Shown here one piece after another: positions 10,428-19,877 of a DNA stretch of 60,630 nt. Position 1 is the first letter of the stretch, and each line of letters opens with the position of its first letter. The stretch covers positions 1 to 60,630 of the forward strand of contig DASXQR010000035.1 in NCBI GenBank assembly GCA_036507075.1. The letters are read 5' to 3'. The position numbers and the translations under genes were made by a program. This stretch comes from Acidobacteriota bacterium. Lineage in GTDB: Bacteria; Acidobacteriota; UBA6911; JACQSX01. The notes beneath the pieces are model-generated. The model ran no database searches. It worked only from the letters and a program-made list of their open reading frames with translations, and was not told the DNA's origin.

Positions 10428-11933
10428 ATGAAAAATCTAGCTCTGATATTTTTATTCGCGGCGATTGCTGCGGCCCCTTTGTTTTCGCAAGCCCGCCCGA
10501 ACATTGTTCTCATCTACACGGATGATCTTGGATACGGCGACCTTTCGTGCTACGGCGCCAAGGCACTGAAAACGCCGCAGGTAGATCAGCTGGCGCGGGA
10601 GGGTTTGCGATTTACCGACGGCCATTCGCCTGCTGCTACGTGCACGCCCTCGCGCTATGCGCTGCTCACGGGCGAGTATGCGTGGCGCAGGGAAGGGACC
10701 GGAATTCTCCCTGGCAATGCGGCGCTCATCATAGAGCCGGGACGCACCACGCTTCCTTCGATGCTGCAAAAGGCGGGCTACACGACCGGAGTGGTCGGCA
10801 AGTGGCATCTCGGCCTGGGACGCAAAGGTGGGCCGGACTGGAACAGCGAGATCAGGCCCGGTCCCAATGACATCGGTTTCAGTTATTCGTTCATCATGGC
10901 AGCCACAGGGGACCGGGTGCCGGCCGTCTATGTCGAGAATCGTCGCGTGGTCAATCTCGACCCCGGCGATCCGATCGCGGTCAGTTACGACAAACCCGTC
11001 GGCAACTGGCCCACCGGAAAGGGAAACCCTGAGTTGCTGAGGATGCATCCCAGCCACGGGCACGACCAAACCATCGTCAATGGCATCAGCCGCATCGGCT
11101 ACATGACCGGAGGCCAAACCGCGCTGTGGAAGGATGAAGGGATGGCCGATGTGTTCGCACAGAAAGCCGTTGCTTTCATCCAGCAGCACAAGGACGGACC
11201 TTTCTTCCTCTATTTTGCCACACACGACCCGCATGTGCCCCGCGTGCCGCATCCGCGTTTTTCGGGAACGACAACGATGGGACCGCGCGGTGATGCCATC
11301 GTCCAGGCAGACTGGTGTGTCGGTGAAATCCTCGCCGCGCTGGACAGATTGAAGCTCGCAAGCAACACGATTGTCATTTTCAGCAGTGACAACGGCCCGG
11401 TTGTGGATGACGGTTACCGGGACGACGCGGTTGCCAGACTCGGAAGTCACAGACCCGCCGGTCCTCTGCGGGGCGGCAAGTACAGCAACTTTGAAGGGGG
11501 CACGCGCGTGCCGCTGATAGTTCGCTGGCCCGGCCGCGTAAAACGCGGGATTTCCGATGCGCTGGTGTGCCAGATTGATCTGCTTGCATCTCTTGCCGCG
11601 CTCACCGGACAGCAACTGGCGCCGGGCGACGGTCCCGACAGCCGGAACGTTTTACCCGCGCTGCTCGGCAAAACGAAGGCAGGCCGGGATTACCTGGTTG
11701 AACAGGCGAACGCCCTCTCGTTGCGGTTGCGACAGTGGAAATACATCGAGCCGGGCCGCGGGCGGAAGGTCAACGCGGAAACCAACACCGAACTGGGAAA
11801 CGATCCCGCCGGCCAACTCTATAATCTTGCCGCCGACCCCGGCGAGAGCCACAACGTTGCCGCGCAGCATCCAGAAAAAGTGAAGGAGATGAAAACGTTG
11901 TTACAGCAAATCAAACTGGCCAAGAATCGCTAA
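10428..11933 (+). CDS. Arylsulfatase (sulfatase family)
   Basis: Signal peptide, PNIVLIYTDDLGYGD, CTPSR formylglycine motif, GKWHLG and SSDNG. Confidence 0.93.
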   Translation: MKNLALIFLFAAIAAAPLFSQARPNIVLIYTDDLGYGDLSCYGAKALKTPQVDQLAREGLRFTDGHSPAATCTPSRYALLTGEYAWRREGTGILPGNAALIIEPGRTTLPSMLQKAGYTTGVVGKWHLGLGRKGGPDWNSEIRPGPNDIGFSYSFIMAATGDRVPAVYVENRRVVNLDPGDPIAVSYDKPVGNWPTGKGNPELLRMHPSHGHDQTIVNGISRIGYMTGGQTALWKDEGMADVFAQKAVAFIQQHKDGPFFLYFATHDPHVPRVPHPRFSGTTTMGPRGDAIVQADWCVGEILAALDRLKLASNTIVIFSSDNGPVVDDGYRDDAVARLGSHRPAGPLRGGKYSNFEGGTRVPLIVRWPGRVKRGISDALVCQIDLLASLAALTGQQLAPGDGPDSRNVLPALLGKTKAGRDYLVEQANALSLRLRQWKYIEPGRGRKVNAETNTELGNDPAGQLYNLAADPGESHNVAAQHPEKVKEMKTLLQQIKLAKNR

Positions 11934-12087
11934 GTTTCCGCCGTAGTCGAGGTGAGGCCCGAAGGGCCGCCAGGGAATAGGCCCGGCCGTAAGGCCGGGA
12001 CATGGCTACAAAGGCGGAAGACCACGAAAGTAGTGCCAAGGTTTAGTGGGCGGACACGTTACAGCTTGCTCAAGGGCATGCAGAATC

Positions 12088-12480
12088 TTACAGACGCCGG
12101 CCGGGCGGACTGAAGAAACGGATGTCTTTCATGGGGTAATGCCGGCGGTTGAGCGTCCAGAGCGGGAAATTGTGGGAATGCGCAGTGGCCGCGATCAAAG
12201 CGTCCGCGAGCTCCACGCCGTGAGATTTCGAAAAGCGTCGCATGTAGTAACCCGCGTATCTTCCAATTTCTGCCGTGATCGCCAGTACGTCAAGAATCAG
12301 AAACAGTTTCTCGAGTTCCGGCTCTTCCGACGTTCTTGCTCCCGCGAAGAGCTCCGCCACCGAGATCGGGGTCCAGAAGAGCGAATCGCGCTGCAGCAAT
12401 GCCGGAATCAGCGAGTCATATGGGCTTTCCCCCCTAAGCCACCAGATGATCACATCTGAATCGAGCAGCAACTCACTCAA
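12088..12480 (-). CDS. vapC: VapC PIN-domain toxin
   Basis: LLDSDVII, SVAELFAG, ADALIAATA and TLNRRHY PIN motifs; overlaps the upstream antitoxin gene. Confidence 0.88.
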   Translation of the reverse strand: MSELLLDSDVIIWWLRGESPYDSLIPALLQRDSLFWTPISVAELFAGARTSEEPELEKLFLILDVLAITAEIGRYAGYYMRRFSKSHGVELADALIAATAHSHNFPLWTLNRRHYPMKDIRFFSPPGRRL

Positions 12481-12739
12481 GGCCGAACCTTGTTGAGCGG
12501 GTCCCGCGTCGGAGCCTGCGAACTGTTCTGTCGGGATGCTTCAGATCTTGGCGATTCTTCCAAATTCCCGCGATCTGGCGCGCCAGGGCCGGTCGGTCGA
12601 CGGTTTTACCAGAACCATATACTGCCCGGATACTCTCCCTCACCAGCTCAGAAACCGTCGTTTTCTTTTCCCGGCTGATCGCCGCCAGAGCCCGCGCAGT
12701 CGTCTCATCCAGGTACAACTGAGTGCGCTTCATTGCCAT
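12473..12739 (-). CDS. Ribbon-helix-helix (CopG-like) antitoxin
   Basis: MKRTQLYLDE...TVSELVRESI RHH pattern; coupled to vapC. Confidence 0.8.
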   Translation of the reverse strand: MAMKRTQLYLDETTARALAAISREKKTTVSELVRESIRAVYGSGKTVDRPALARQIAGIWKNRQDLKHPDRTVRRLRRGTRSTRFGLE

Positions 12740-12777
12740 GATGTATATTATACATCGTCAGGTGTTACGGGTAGTCT

Positions 12778-13695
12778 TTACTCTTTCTTCCGAATCGTTT
12801 CAGGCATCGAAGGCCAATCGAATCCTGCCTGAGCAACGCGCATTGCACCGGCGAAGTAGGCCTGGTGACTGCCGGACCGGTGCGCTTTGCGATACCATTT
12901 GCCCGCGTCGGTTTCGTAGAAGGCCAGATATCGCTCGAGGTCGTCGTCGGAGACATCACGATAGACGTATAACAGCGGCCACCAACATCCGTTTGCAATG
13001 CCTTCCCGCATGGAATCACGCATTTCCTTCTCGATGCGCTGAAAGTCGGCCTTGCTCCGTTTCTCTTCGGGCGGCCGACGCTGATTGCGAACCGATTCGA
13101 TGAGCAACGGTGTATTTACAGCTTGATCCAGATTATCCTCCGGACACCTGGACATCTCGGCAAACCTTTTCAGCAGCTCCTTTCGCCGTTCGGATTGTGC
13201 CGGCCATCCACGCGATGAGTTCAGAAATCGATTCAGGTCTTCGTGCATGCCCGGCTGGGTCAAAACGCGTTCAAGCTCGCTGAATTTTCGGACCTGCGAT
13301 GATTCCAGCCACTGGAGCACCGTCCTGGCATGAGTTTCATCGAACGCCTCTAAAAAGCCATGCATGTAGCCATCTGCGAAATCGGGGCCGAACATCAAGT
13401 GAATCCATTTCGCGGCAGCTTGGACATCGGCGGAAGAGAGCCGATCCCGCAAATTCGGATCCGCACGCGCCTGCTCGAAAGCGGCTTCGTGGAAGGCGAT
13501 GGCGTTGTCGAAAGCTTCGCGAGTGCCATCGAGCTTGAAAATCTGCTCGGCGACCGTGCGGAGTCTTGTATGACGCGGCGCCGCTGTCTGCGTCTGGGCG
13601 ACAAGCATCGGCGCCGCAAGAGTTGCGCAAAAAGTGATTACGCGGATAGTTCTTTTCGAGAGCGAAGCGCGATTACCGTGAACCATCTGAGACAT
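12778..13695 (-). CDS. Secreted helical protein, DUF2059-like
   Basis: Signal peptide; YRDVSDDDLERYLAFYETDAGKWY resembles the DUF2059 motif. Confidence 0.55.
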   Translation of the reverse strand: MSQMVHGNRASLSKRTIRVITFCATLAAPMLVAQTQTAAPRHTRLRTVAEQIFKLDGTREAFDNAIAFHEAAFEQARADPNLRDRLSSADVQAAAKWIHLMFGPDFADGYMHGFLEAFDETHARTVLQWLESSQVRKFSELERVLTQPGMHEDLNRFLNSSRGWPAQSERRKELLKRFAEMSRCPEDNLDQAVNTPLLIESVRNQRRPPEEKRSKADFQRIEKEMRDSMREGIANGCWWPLLYVYRDVSDDDLERYLAFYETDAGKWYRKAHRSGSHQAYFAGAMRVAQAGFDWPSMPETIRKKE

Positions 13696-13854
13696 CAGGA
13701 ATCAGTTTGCGAATTTCTCACATCGTGGCGAACCCATCGTTAAAACTCTATGCCACTGAACATCTGCAGCACAATCTTGCTTAAAACTCTGTCAGTTAAG
13801 GGAAACCCGACAGTACAATGTAAGAGGACTGTTTTTCCCTAACCCACGCCCTGC

Positions 13855-14670
13855 ATGGTCACTCGCCGCACTCGGCTTGCTGAATGTGTCGCTCTGATGC
13901 TTCTGGCCGCCTTGATTCTGTGGCTGGCGACCAAAACGGCCCGCCCAGTCCAACGACAGCAGCAGACCTCAATCTCGACGGTCTCAGCCGGGCGAATGTC
14001 CCGGCTGCCGAAGCTATTTCTTTGGGCCTGGGAGCGACCGGAGGACTTGCGATTTATTGATCCGCACCGTGTCGGAGTGGCATACCTTGCCCAAACACTG
14101 CACCTGCGCGGTAAAGAAATGGGGATCAGGCCGCGCCTGCAACCACTGCATGTGCCGCCGGATACTGTATTGATTGCGGTCACACGAATTGAAGCCGATC
14201 GCACTTTTGCGCTATCCACCGATAACGGCCGAGTGGAAGCAATCGCTTCGGCCATACAAAAATCCATCGGCAGCGCTGCGGCAGTTCAACTTGATTTTGA
14301 CGCCAGAAACTCCGAACGGACTTTTTACCTGCAGATCATTGATGCCTTGCGCAGGCAGATGCCGGATTCCGTCGGCTTGTCCATCACCGCCCTGGCTTCC
14401 TGGTGCCTCTTTGATCGTTGGCTCTCCGATGTCCCGGTAGATGAGATAGTCCCGATGATGTTCCGCATGGGGCCTGAAGCGTTCCAGATTCGAACCGATA
14501 TCGCGTCTGGACAAGACTTTCAAGAACCTGACTGCTGCGGAAGCGTCGGCATCGCTACAGATGAGCCGTTCCCAACGCGGACCGCCGTCCGTCGACGGGT
14601 TTACGCATTTAACCCACGCCCTTGGAGCCGCCGCGATTTCGAGAATTTGCTGCTTGGAGTGAACCGGTGA
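13855..14670 (+). CDS. Membrane-anchored DUF3142-like/glycoside-hydrolase-like protein
   Basis: N-terminal TM segment; LWAWERPEDL, VQLDFDA, LSITALASWC and DEIVPMMFRMG. Confidence 0.6.
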   Translation: MVTRRTRLAECVALMLLAALILWLATKTARPVQRQQQTSISTVSAGRMSRLPKLFLWAWERPEDLRFIDPHRVGVAYLAQTLHLRGKEMGIRPRLQPLHVPPDTVLIAVTRIEADRTFALSTDNGRVEAIASAIQKSIGSAAAVQLDFDARNSERTFYLQIIDALRRQMPDSVGLSITALASWCLFDRWLSDVPVDEIVPMMFRMGPEAFQIRTDIASGQDFQEPDCCGSVGIATDEPFPTRTAVRRRVYAFNPRPWSRRDFENLLLGVNR

Positions 14671-16952
14671 GAACTCGACTTTTTAAACTGTGCGCCATTC
14701 CAATACTGCTTGCGTTTTACACGACTACGCTTTCGGTCGACGGTTGCGGACCATTTTATACCGACGTCATATTCACATACCGGCTCCATCCTGATTTTCC
14801 GTTGGGCAGGTTTATCGACGGCCGCCTCGGGGTTGTTCAGTCGACTTACGCTCGCTCCTACCTCATGGTCGCCTACCGGCACCTAATCGGCAAACGTTTT
14901 GATGCGGATGAAAAACGAGCGCTCCTCTCCTATTACCGTGACAAGTTGAATTTCAGGGGCGAGCTGGTGTCCCCCGGGCTCAAAGCCTGGCTGGCGGTGC
15001 GGGCCGAAGCGGCGCCCGTAAACAGCGATTTTGACGTCGGCAGTGTTTACCGGCCCGGAGATTACATGTTCTATCTGAATTGCCCGGATGACGCATTTCG
15101 GACGGCAATACAAACTCTTGAGCAAAGACGGCGGAAGTTTGGTGCCAAAAGTCTTGAGTTTCGAGAATGGTTGGCGGCGCAGGACAAGGTTTTTCACAAT
15201 TGTCCTGGTTACGAAGCAATTCCAGGTCCCGCTGATCCCAAGCTTGATTCCTTGATTAGCGCCGATAGGGAGTACCAGATTGCCACTGCCCATTTTTATG
15301 CAGGCCGTTTTGACACTGCGGCAAAAATATTTACCAGGATATCGCAGGATCGATCGTCGCCGTGGAGGACGCTGGCGCCTTATCTTGTTGCGCGGGTGCT
15401 GGTGCGAAAGGCCACATTGGGAGACAAAAAATGGGAACTTGCGGCTTTGCAGAAGGCTGAATTGCAGTTAAACAGCGTACTGGCCGACAAGACCCTGAAT
15501 CGTATGCACCGTAATGCAAGACGACTCAAAAGGTTCGTGGAATTCAGACTGAACCCGATTAAACGGTTTCAAGACACGGCCAGGATCCTGGCTGCCGGAT
15601 CGCCCAATCCAGACATAGGGGCCGATCTCGCCGATTACACTGGTTTGTTGGACAAGTACTTCGAAGCCAAATGGCAAATTCTCGAACCGGCAATAAAGAA
15701 GGATGCAATGACAGACTGGATCCTGACTTTTCAACGGTCGGGGAACGAAGCTTTGCAGCATTCACTTAGGATGTGGACGCGCACGCGCTCACTGCCATGG
15801 CTGCTGGCATCACTGGCAAAGATCGATTTCGGGAACCCTGAAGTGACGAAGCTTCTGGAGGCCGTTTCCAGTGTTGCTCCGAGTTCTCCGGCGTTTGCAA
15901 GCATCGCATTCCACTCTCTGCGCCTGAAGGCGGATATGGGAAGAGAGGATGAAGCCCGCGCTCAACTGGATGAGATGCTGGACAATTCAAACGGCAACCT
16001 GCCACGCTCATCCAAAAACTTACTTCTGGCATTGAGAATGAAGCTGGCGCGGAACCTGGACGAATTTGTCAAATATGCCCAACGAAATCCTGTTCTGGTC
16101 AGCGCCGATAATCCTGTGGAACTTCCAGACTTTTATCCTGGAGCGAAGATTCAGGATAACGGACCATATCTTGATGTGGATTCAGCGCGGGCGCTGACCG
16201 AATGGATGCCGCTGAGCGCGCTTAAGGTGGTGGTTAAGAATGCGTCCCTTGGCTCCCGTATTCGCAAGGAACTGGCGCAAGCCGTTTGGGTTCGGAGCAT
16301 ACTGCTGGATGATTGGCAAAGTGCTACGGAAGTGACACCAGTGTTGAAGGCCCTGGCTTTGGAATTACAGGAGGATCTGGATCAATTCATGATGGAGAAA
16401 GATCAGGAGGCCATGAAGGCAGACGCCGTTTTGACGATTCTGCGCTTTCCAGGCATGCGACCTTATGTGGGAAGCGGTTTGGACAGGGCCTCAACCCTTG
16501 GGCGTATCGATAATCTTAGAGAGAACTGGTGGTGCCGCTTGCGGCACAGGGATCAGATCAAACCTGACGAAGCTGACTTTTTCGACCATTATCAAAGACG
16601 AACTCAATCGAACGGTCCTGTTGAGATCCTTTATCCACCAGGCAGGCCGGGCCCACCTTTATTTTTGAGCACCCACGAAAAAGAAGAAGCAGAACGGGAG
16701 TGGAAAAAGCTTTCCTCCTTGCCCACAGCTCCCAACTATCTTTGCAGTCATGTTATCGCCTGGGCAAGAAAGAATGCGCGCGACCCACGCGTGCCGGAAG
16801 CTTTGCACCGGGCGATCAAAACTACGCGCTACGGCTGTACGGATGCAAAGACATCAGAGTTGTCACGCGCCGCGTTCGATTTGTTGCACTCCCGGTATCC
16901 TGCCAGTCCCTGGACAAAAATGACGCCTTATTGGTTCGGCCGCCACCGCTGA
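14667..16952 (+). CDS. Large secreted helical-repeat hypothetical protein, coupled to the previous gene
   Basis: GTGA start/stop overlap, signal peptide then CGPF, C-terminal PASPWTKMTPYWF. Confidence 0.7.
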   Translation: MRTRLFKLCAIPILLAFYTTTLSVDGCGPFYTDVIFTYRLHPDFPLGRFIDGRLGVVQSTYARSYLMVAYRHLIGKRFDADEKRALLSYYRDKLNFRGELVSPGLKAWLAVRAEAAPVNSDFDVGSVYRPGDYMFYLNCPDDAFRTAIQTLEQRRRKFGAKSLEFREWLAAQDKVFHNCPGYEAIPGPADPKLDSLISADREYQIATAHFYAGRFDTAAKIFTRISQDRSSPWRTLAPYLVARVLVRKATLGDKKWELAALQKAELQLNSVLADKTLNRMHRNARRLKRFVEFRLNPIKRFQDTARILAAGSPNPDIGADLADYTGLLDKYFEAKWQILEPAIKKDAMTDWILTFQRSGNEALQHSLRMWTRTRSLPWLLASLAKIDFGNPEVTKLLEAVSSVAPSSPAFASIAFHSLRLKADMGREDEARAQLDEMLDNSNGNLPRSSKNLLLALRMKLARNLDEFVKYAQRNPVLVSADNPVELPDFYPGAKIQDNGPYLDVDSARALTEWMPLSALKVVVKNASLGSRIRKELAQAVWVRSILLDDWQSATEVTPVLKALALELQEDLDQFMMEKDQEAMKADAVLTILRFPGMRPYVGSGLDRASTLGRIDNLRENWWCRLRHRDQIKPDEADFFDHYQRRTQSNGPVEILYPPGRPGPPLFLSTHEKEEAEREWKKLSSLPTAPNYLCSHVIAWARKNARDPRVPEALHRAIKTTRYGCTDAKTSELSRAAFDLLHSRYPASPWTKMTPYWFGRHR

Positions 16953-16975
16953 ACGAGAAAGGAGAGGGACGCAAT

Positions 16976-17108
16976 CAAAAACGTGAATTTCATCGCGATG
17001 TCCGGTTGCGGATAGCGGTCCTGGAAATAACGCCAGAAAGGACCAACCGACGTAAGGCACGAGCAGTTCGCGTTCTCAGTTTCTTGGCGGTGAACAGCAA
17101 TATGGAAG
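16976..17108 (-). pseudogene. Truncated copy of the 5' end of the TonB-C gene at 18225-19090
   Basis: Clearly similar to 18956-19090 (LALFPGPLSATGHRDEIHVF vs LALSPGSLSAGGYRDEIHIF); similarity stops at ~16976. Confidence 0.7.
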
Positions 17109-17155
17109 TGGCGGGGCTGACGAGACTCGAACTCGCGACCTCCTGCGTGACAGGC
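17109..17155 (-). repeat. att site: 3' fragment of tRNA-Asp (copy 3, one mismatch)
   Basis: TGGCGGGGCTGACGAGACTCGAACTCGCGACCTCCTGCGTGACAGGC matches 51273-51319 except C>T at 17118. Confidence 0.95.
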
Positions 17156-17272
17156 TTTTCCAACCGCACCAGTCAATCAGCATTCAATCCACAACCAATC
17201 ATTACACAAGTAGATGGGAGTTTTCACCATTCAAGCTGGTGAAGCGATTACCCGTCAACCTGATAGCAAAAA

Positions 17273-17290
17273 GGGCACAAAACGGGCACA
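17273..17290 (+). promoter_or_regulatory. Putative integrase arm-type site GGGCACAAAACGGGCACA
   Basis: Identical to 30681-30698 and 51205-51222; lies in a ~160-bp block (17156-17312) homologous to 30562-30720. Confidence 0.75.
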
Positions 17291-17410
17291 CGTAAATACC
17301 ATTTTCGAAAACCGACTGCAATCTCACAATCCAGGGCAGTCAGCGCGGCGGTTGGATGCCATCGTTAGGCATGAAATTGCATTCTGTCATCTCTTCTCGC
17401 CATTCTGTAG

Positions 17411-17797
17411 TTATGCGATCTCGATGTCGGTGTAGCGAAAATCCGAACCGACACACAGTAAAGGTTGGCGCGCCACCTTGGCGACAGCGTAGGAGAGACA
17501 ATCTCCGAAATTCAGAGCGGCCCGATGACGTCCTTTACCGAATCGACGGTAGGCCTCGAGCGCCTCACGCCAGTGCACGTCGCCGAACGCGATCGTTGCA
17601 ACCCCAAACTCCTGCAGAAACATTGAGAGCAGCCCCAGTGGGTCAGATGCCATTCGGGCAAACAGCACAATTCCCGCCTCCGCCAGAGTGGGCGCCCCGG
17701 TTGCCGTGTTATCCGAAACAATCAGCTTATCCAGCACCAGGCGAAAGCCAGGCTCCTTGAAGAAGACCGCCACTATCGCAGAACTATCCAAGATCAT
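17411..17797 (-). CDS. vapC: VapC PIN-domain toxin
   Basis: MILDSSAIVA and RFGKGRHRAALNFGDCLSYAVA...GSDF motifs. Confidence 0.92.
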   Translation of the reverse strand: MILDSSAIVAVFFKEPGFRLVLDKLIVSDNTATGAPTLAEAGIVLFARMASDPLGLLSMFLQEFGVATIAFGDVHWREALEAYRRFGKGRHRAALNFGDCLSYAVAKVARQPLLCVGSDFRYTDIEIA

Positions 17798-18066
17798 ACG
17801 CCCGCAGGCCCGTAACCCAGAATCCGCTCCTTTTCCCTCTTGCTCAGCTTTCGGCCCAGTCGTCGTCGCGGAATCTTTGGCCAGATGCTTTTTTCCATAA
17901 AACGGATCAGTTGTGGCTCGCGGTGAGCTGAGGGCAGTTGATGCAACAAGCGCTGCTTCCTTTCCTGCAGAGCCCTGTGGATTGCCTCTGTTTTGCTCTC
18001 ACCGGTCAATCTGGAGACCTCGGTAGCGAGAGCTTCCACTTTGTGATTCTTAATGTTGAGCGGCAT
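17794..18066 (-). CDS. vapB: VapB antitoxin (Rv0623-like)
   Basis: MPLNIKNHKVEALATEVSRLTGESKTEAIHRALQER...ILGYGPAGV; 4-bp overlap with vapC. Confidence 0.88.
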   Translation of the reverse strand: MPLNIKNHKVEALATEVSRLTGESKTEAIHRALQERKQRLLHQLPSAHREPQLIRFMEKSIWPKIPRRRLGRKLSKREKERILGYGPAGV

Positions 18067-18224
18067 GAACCCATTTTTCCCATTTTGGTGTAATTTGTCA
18101 ACCATGGTGTAAACAGCCAAATGCCTGCCAGCACCTGGTCACGTAAGCGGTTGGCGCGATTGAATTGTGCTTATCGTAGTGCTGTTTTCTGGTCGTTGAA
18201 GAACTGCGGCAGAAAACTGCGCAG

Positions 18225-19082
18225 TTAACGTTTGACTCTAAACTTGATCTCAAACTGTGCCGGGTATGCAACGGCGGTCTCCTCCATTCTTGCGGGCTCG
18301 AAAATCCAGTCCCGATAAACTGTGTCGACGGCGGAACGTCCAAACCAGTAGTGCGGGCATTCGAGCAGCAGGAGCGAGGACGGCTCTGGCCTTCCGTCGG
18401 GGGTTATGATTCCCGAGATCAAGACCCTTGCCTCGTAGCCTGTTTCCGCAAGGGGTTGCGGATAAGAAGGTAGTGTCTGGCGTACAAGTTTTGGCTGGCG
18501 AGTCACGAAAAGATGGGGTACGCGAGAAAGTTGGCGCAACTGGAGACATGCGCGCGGAGTGATGAGCATAAGAAAACATCGCCTGCCAGAAGTTCTTAAA
18601 ACAACTGCTGTTGTCTCTTTGCGGCCGCCCCTGATGGCAATACCACGAAACGGCGTGTCTTTGATCGTGGCGTCCAGCGTCAGCTCAAACCCGACTTCCG
18701 TCCATGCCAGGTCTTTCAGTTTGTAGGACACGCCGGTGAACTCGTTGGAATGGGCGAATCGGTGCCCACCCGCAGCAGTGTTGAGTGTGTATACGTCCAG
18801 AAAGCCGACCGGGCCCTGCAGTGGCAGGCTGGCAATGTCAGCACGCGGGTTGCCGAGCATTAGCTGCGATAGCTGCTCAGGAACAGAACAGTCGACGGCC
18901 AACGATTTTTTAGATTTGATTCGGTCGCCCGTGTCGGTGAGTTGACCTGCAACTACAAAAATGTGAATTTCATCGCGATATCCACCTGCGGATAGCGATC
19001 CTGGAGATAGCGCCAGAATAAGGACGAGCCGATATACGGCACGAGCAGTTCGTCCTCTGTGTCTGTTAGTGGTGAACAACAA
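18225..19082 (-). CDS. Secreted protein with TonB C-terminal-like domain (start uncertain)
   Basis: Signal-like VYRLVLILALSPG; C-terminal PSYPQPLAETGYEARVLISGIITPDGR...WIFEPAR resembles TonB_C. Confidence 0.6.
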   Translation of the reverse strand: MLFTTNRHRGRTARAVYRLVLILALSPGSLSAGGYRDEIHIFVVAGQLTDTGDRIKSKKSLAVDCSVPEQLSQLMLGNPRADIASLPLQGPVGFLDVYTLNTAAGGHRFAHSNEFTGVSYKLKDLAWTEVGFELTLDATIKDTPFRGIAIRGGRKETTAVVLRTSGRRCFLMLITPRACLQLRQLSRVPHLFVTRQPKLVRQTLPSYPQPLAETGYEARVLISGIITPDGRPEPSSLLLLECPHYWFGRSAVDTVYRDWIFEPARMEETAVAYPAQFEIKFRVKR

Positions 19083-19090
19083 TATGGAAG

Positions 19091-19135
19091 TGGCGGGGCC
19101 GACGAGACTCGAACTCGCGACCTCCTGCGTGACAG
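19091..19135 (-). repeat. att site: 3' fragment of tRNA-Asp (copy 2)
   Basis: Exact 45-bp match to 51273-51317, ending at the anticodon loop. Confidence 0.95.
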
Positions 19136-19252
19136 AGCGGTCCCATTGCCTGTAACAATTCATCAATTTCCCTCAAAAAGTTAGTTTTCAGTGGCTTTGG
19201 TTAATTCTTGGCTTTGGCCCGTCAACTGAGGGGTAGCGCTTTGTTTATGAAT

Positions 19253-19272
19253 ACCGGCACAGGACCGGCACA
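19253..19272 (+). promoter_or_regulatory. Variant arm-type site ACCGGCACAGGACCGGCACA
   Basis: Same 11-bp periodic GGCACA pair and same 121-bp offset from the att core as the other copies. Confidence 0.65.
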
Positions 19273-19877
19273 AACTGGTTGATGATTCCCTATCTTGTTT
19301 GGAAGCGTCACCTACTTTACGCAGGCTATAGTTACCATGTTTACGAGTTTCGTGTTGTCTCCTTGTCTTTCCTCGGTCAATTCGTGTCCCGCCCAAGCAG
19401 GAGTCATTAAATGATCGTGCCCACCAGTCTCCAAAACTCTGGCTGGCTGCTTTGGACGATTTCGAACTATCTTCTAGCCTATCGAGTTTAGAACGATTCT
19501 AGAGAAGATTAAGGGGTTGGTCGAGAGGAAGAGCGAGAAGATGCAAAAGAAGAAGGCTTCCTGATTCCCCTTAGCAAGTCCCCCAAGTCCCCAAATCCCC
19601 GAAGTTTCTCGGTGGATAAGAGACGCGATTTCCCTCGGAGCAACCTGATCAGATCGACCCTTGGATTTTCGTGGGTCCCTGCTTGAAGGATCGTCCACTC
19701 CTCCTGGGTTGGACTTTAACTGAACCACCGCCCAGACCTGTGGCGCCTTCGAGAATTACCAGTAGGCAGTCCCGATTCCTGGTCGAATTCAAATCCTGTG
19801 AATCTTCGATAAGGCCCTTGGGAGCGGGGCGGCGCGGCACATCTTGAATTGGCCCTTTTCTACGACGGGTCTGTTAC

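Noticed and set aside
17214..17435. ORFs MGVFTIQAGEAIT... here and at 30622, and ORFs reading through tRNA fragments (30494-30739, 16928-17176, 51236-51445)
   Set aside because: They translate att/arm DNA. The real gene at 30.7 kb starts at ATG 30736 with an RBS.
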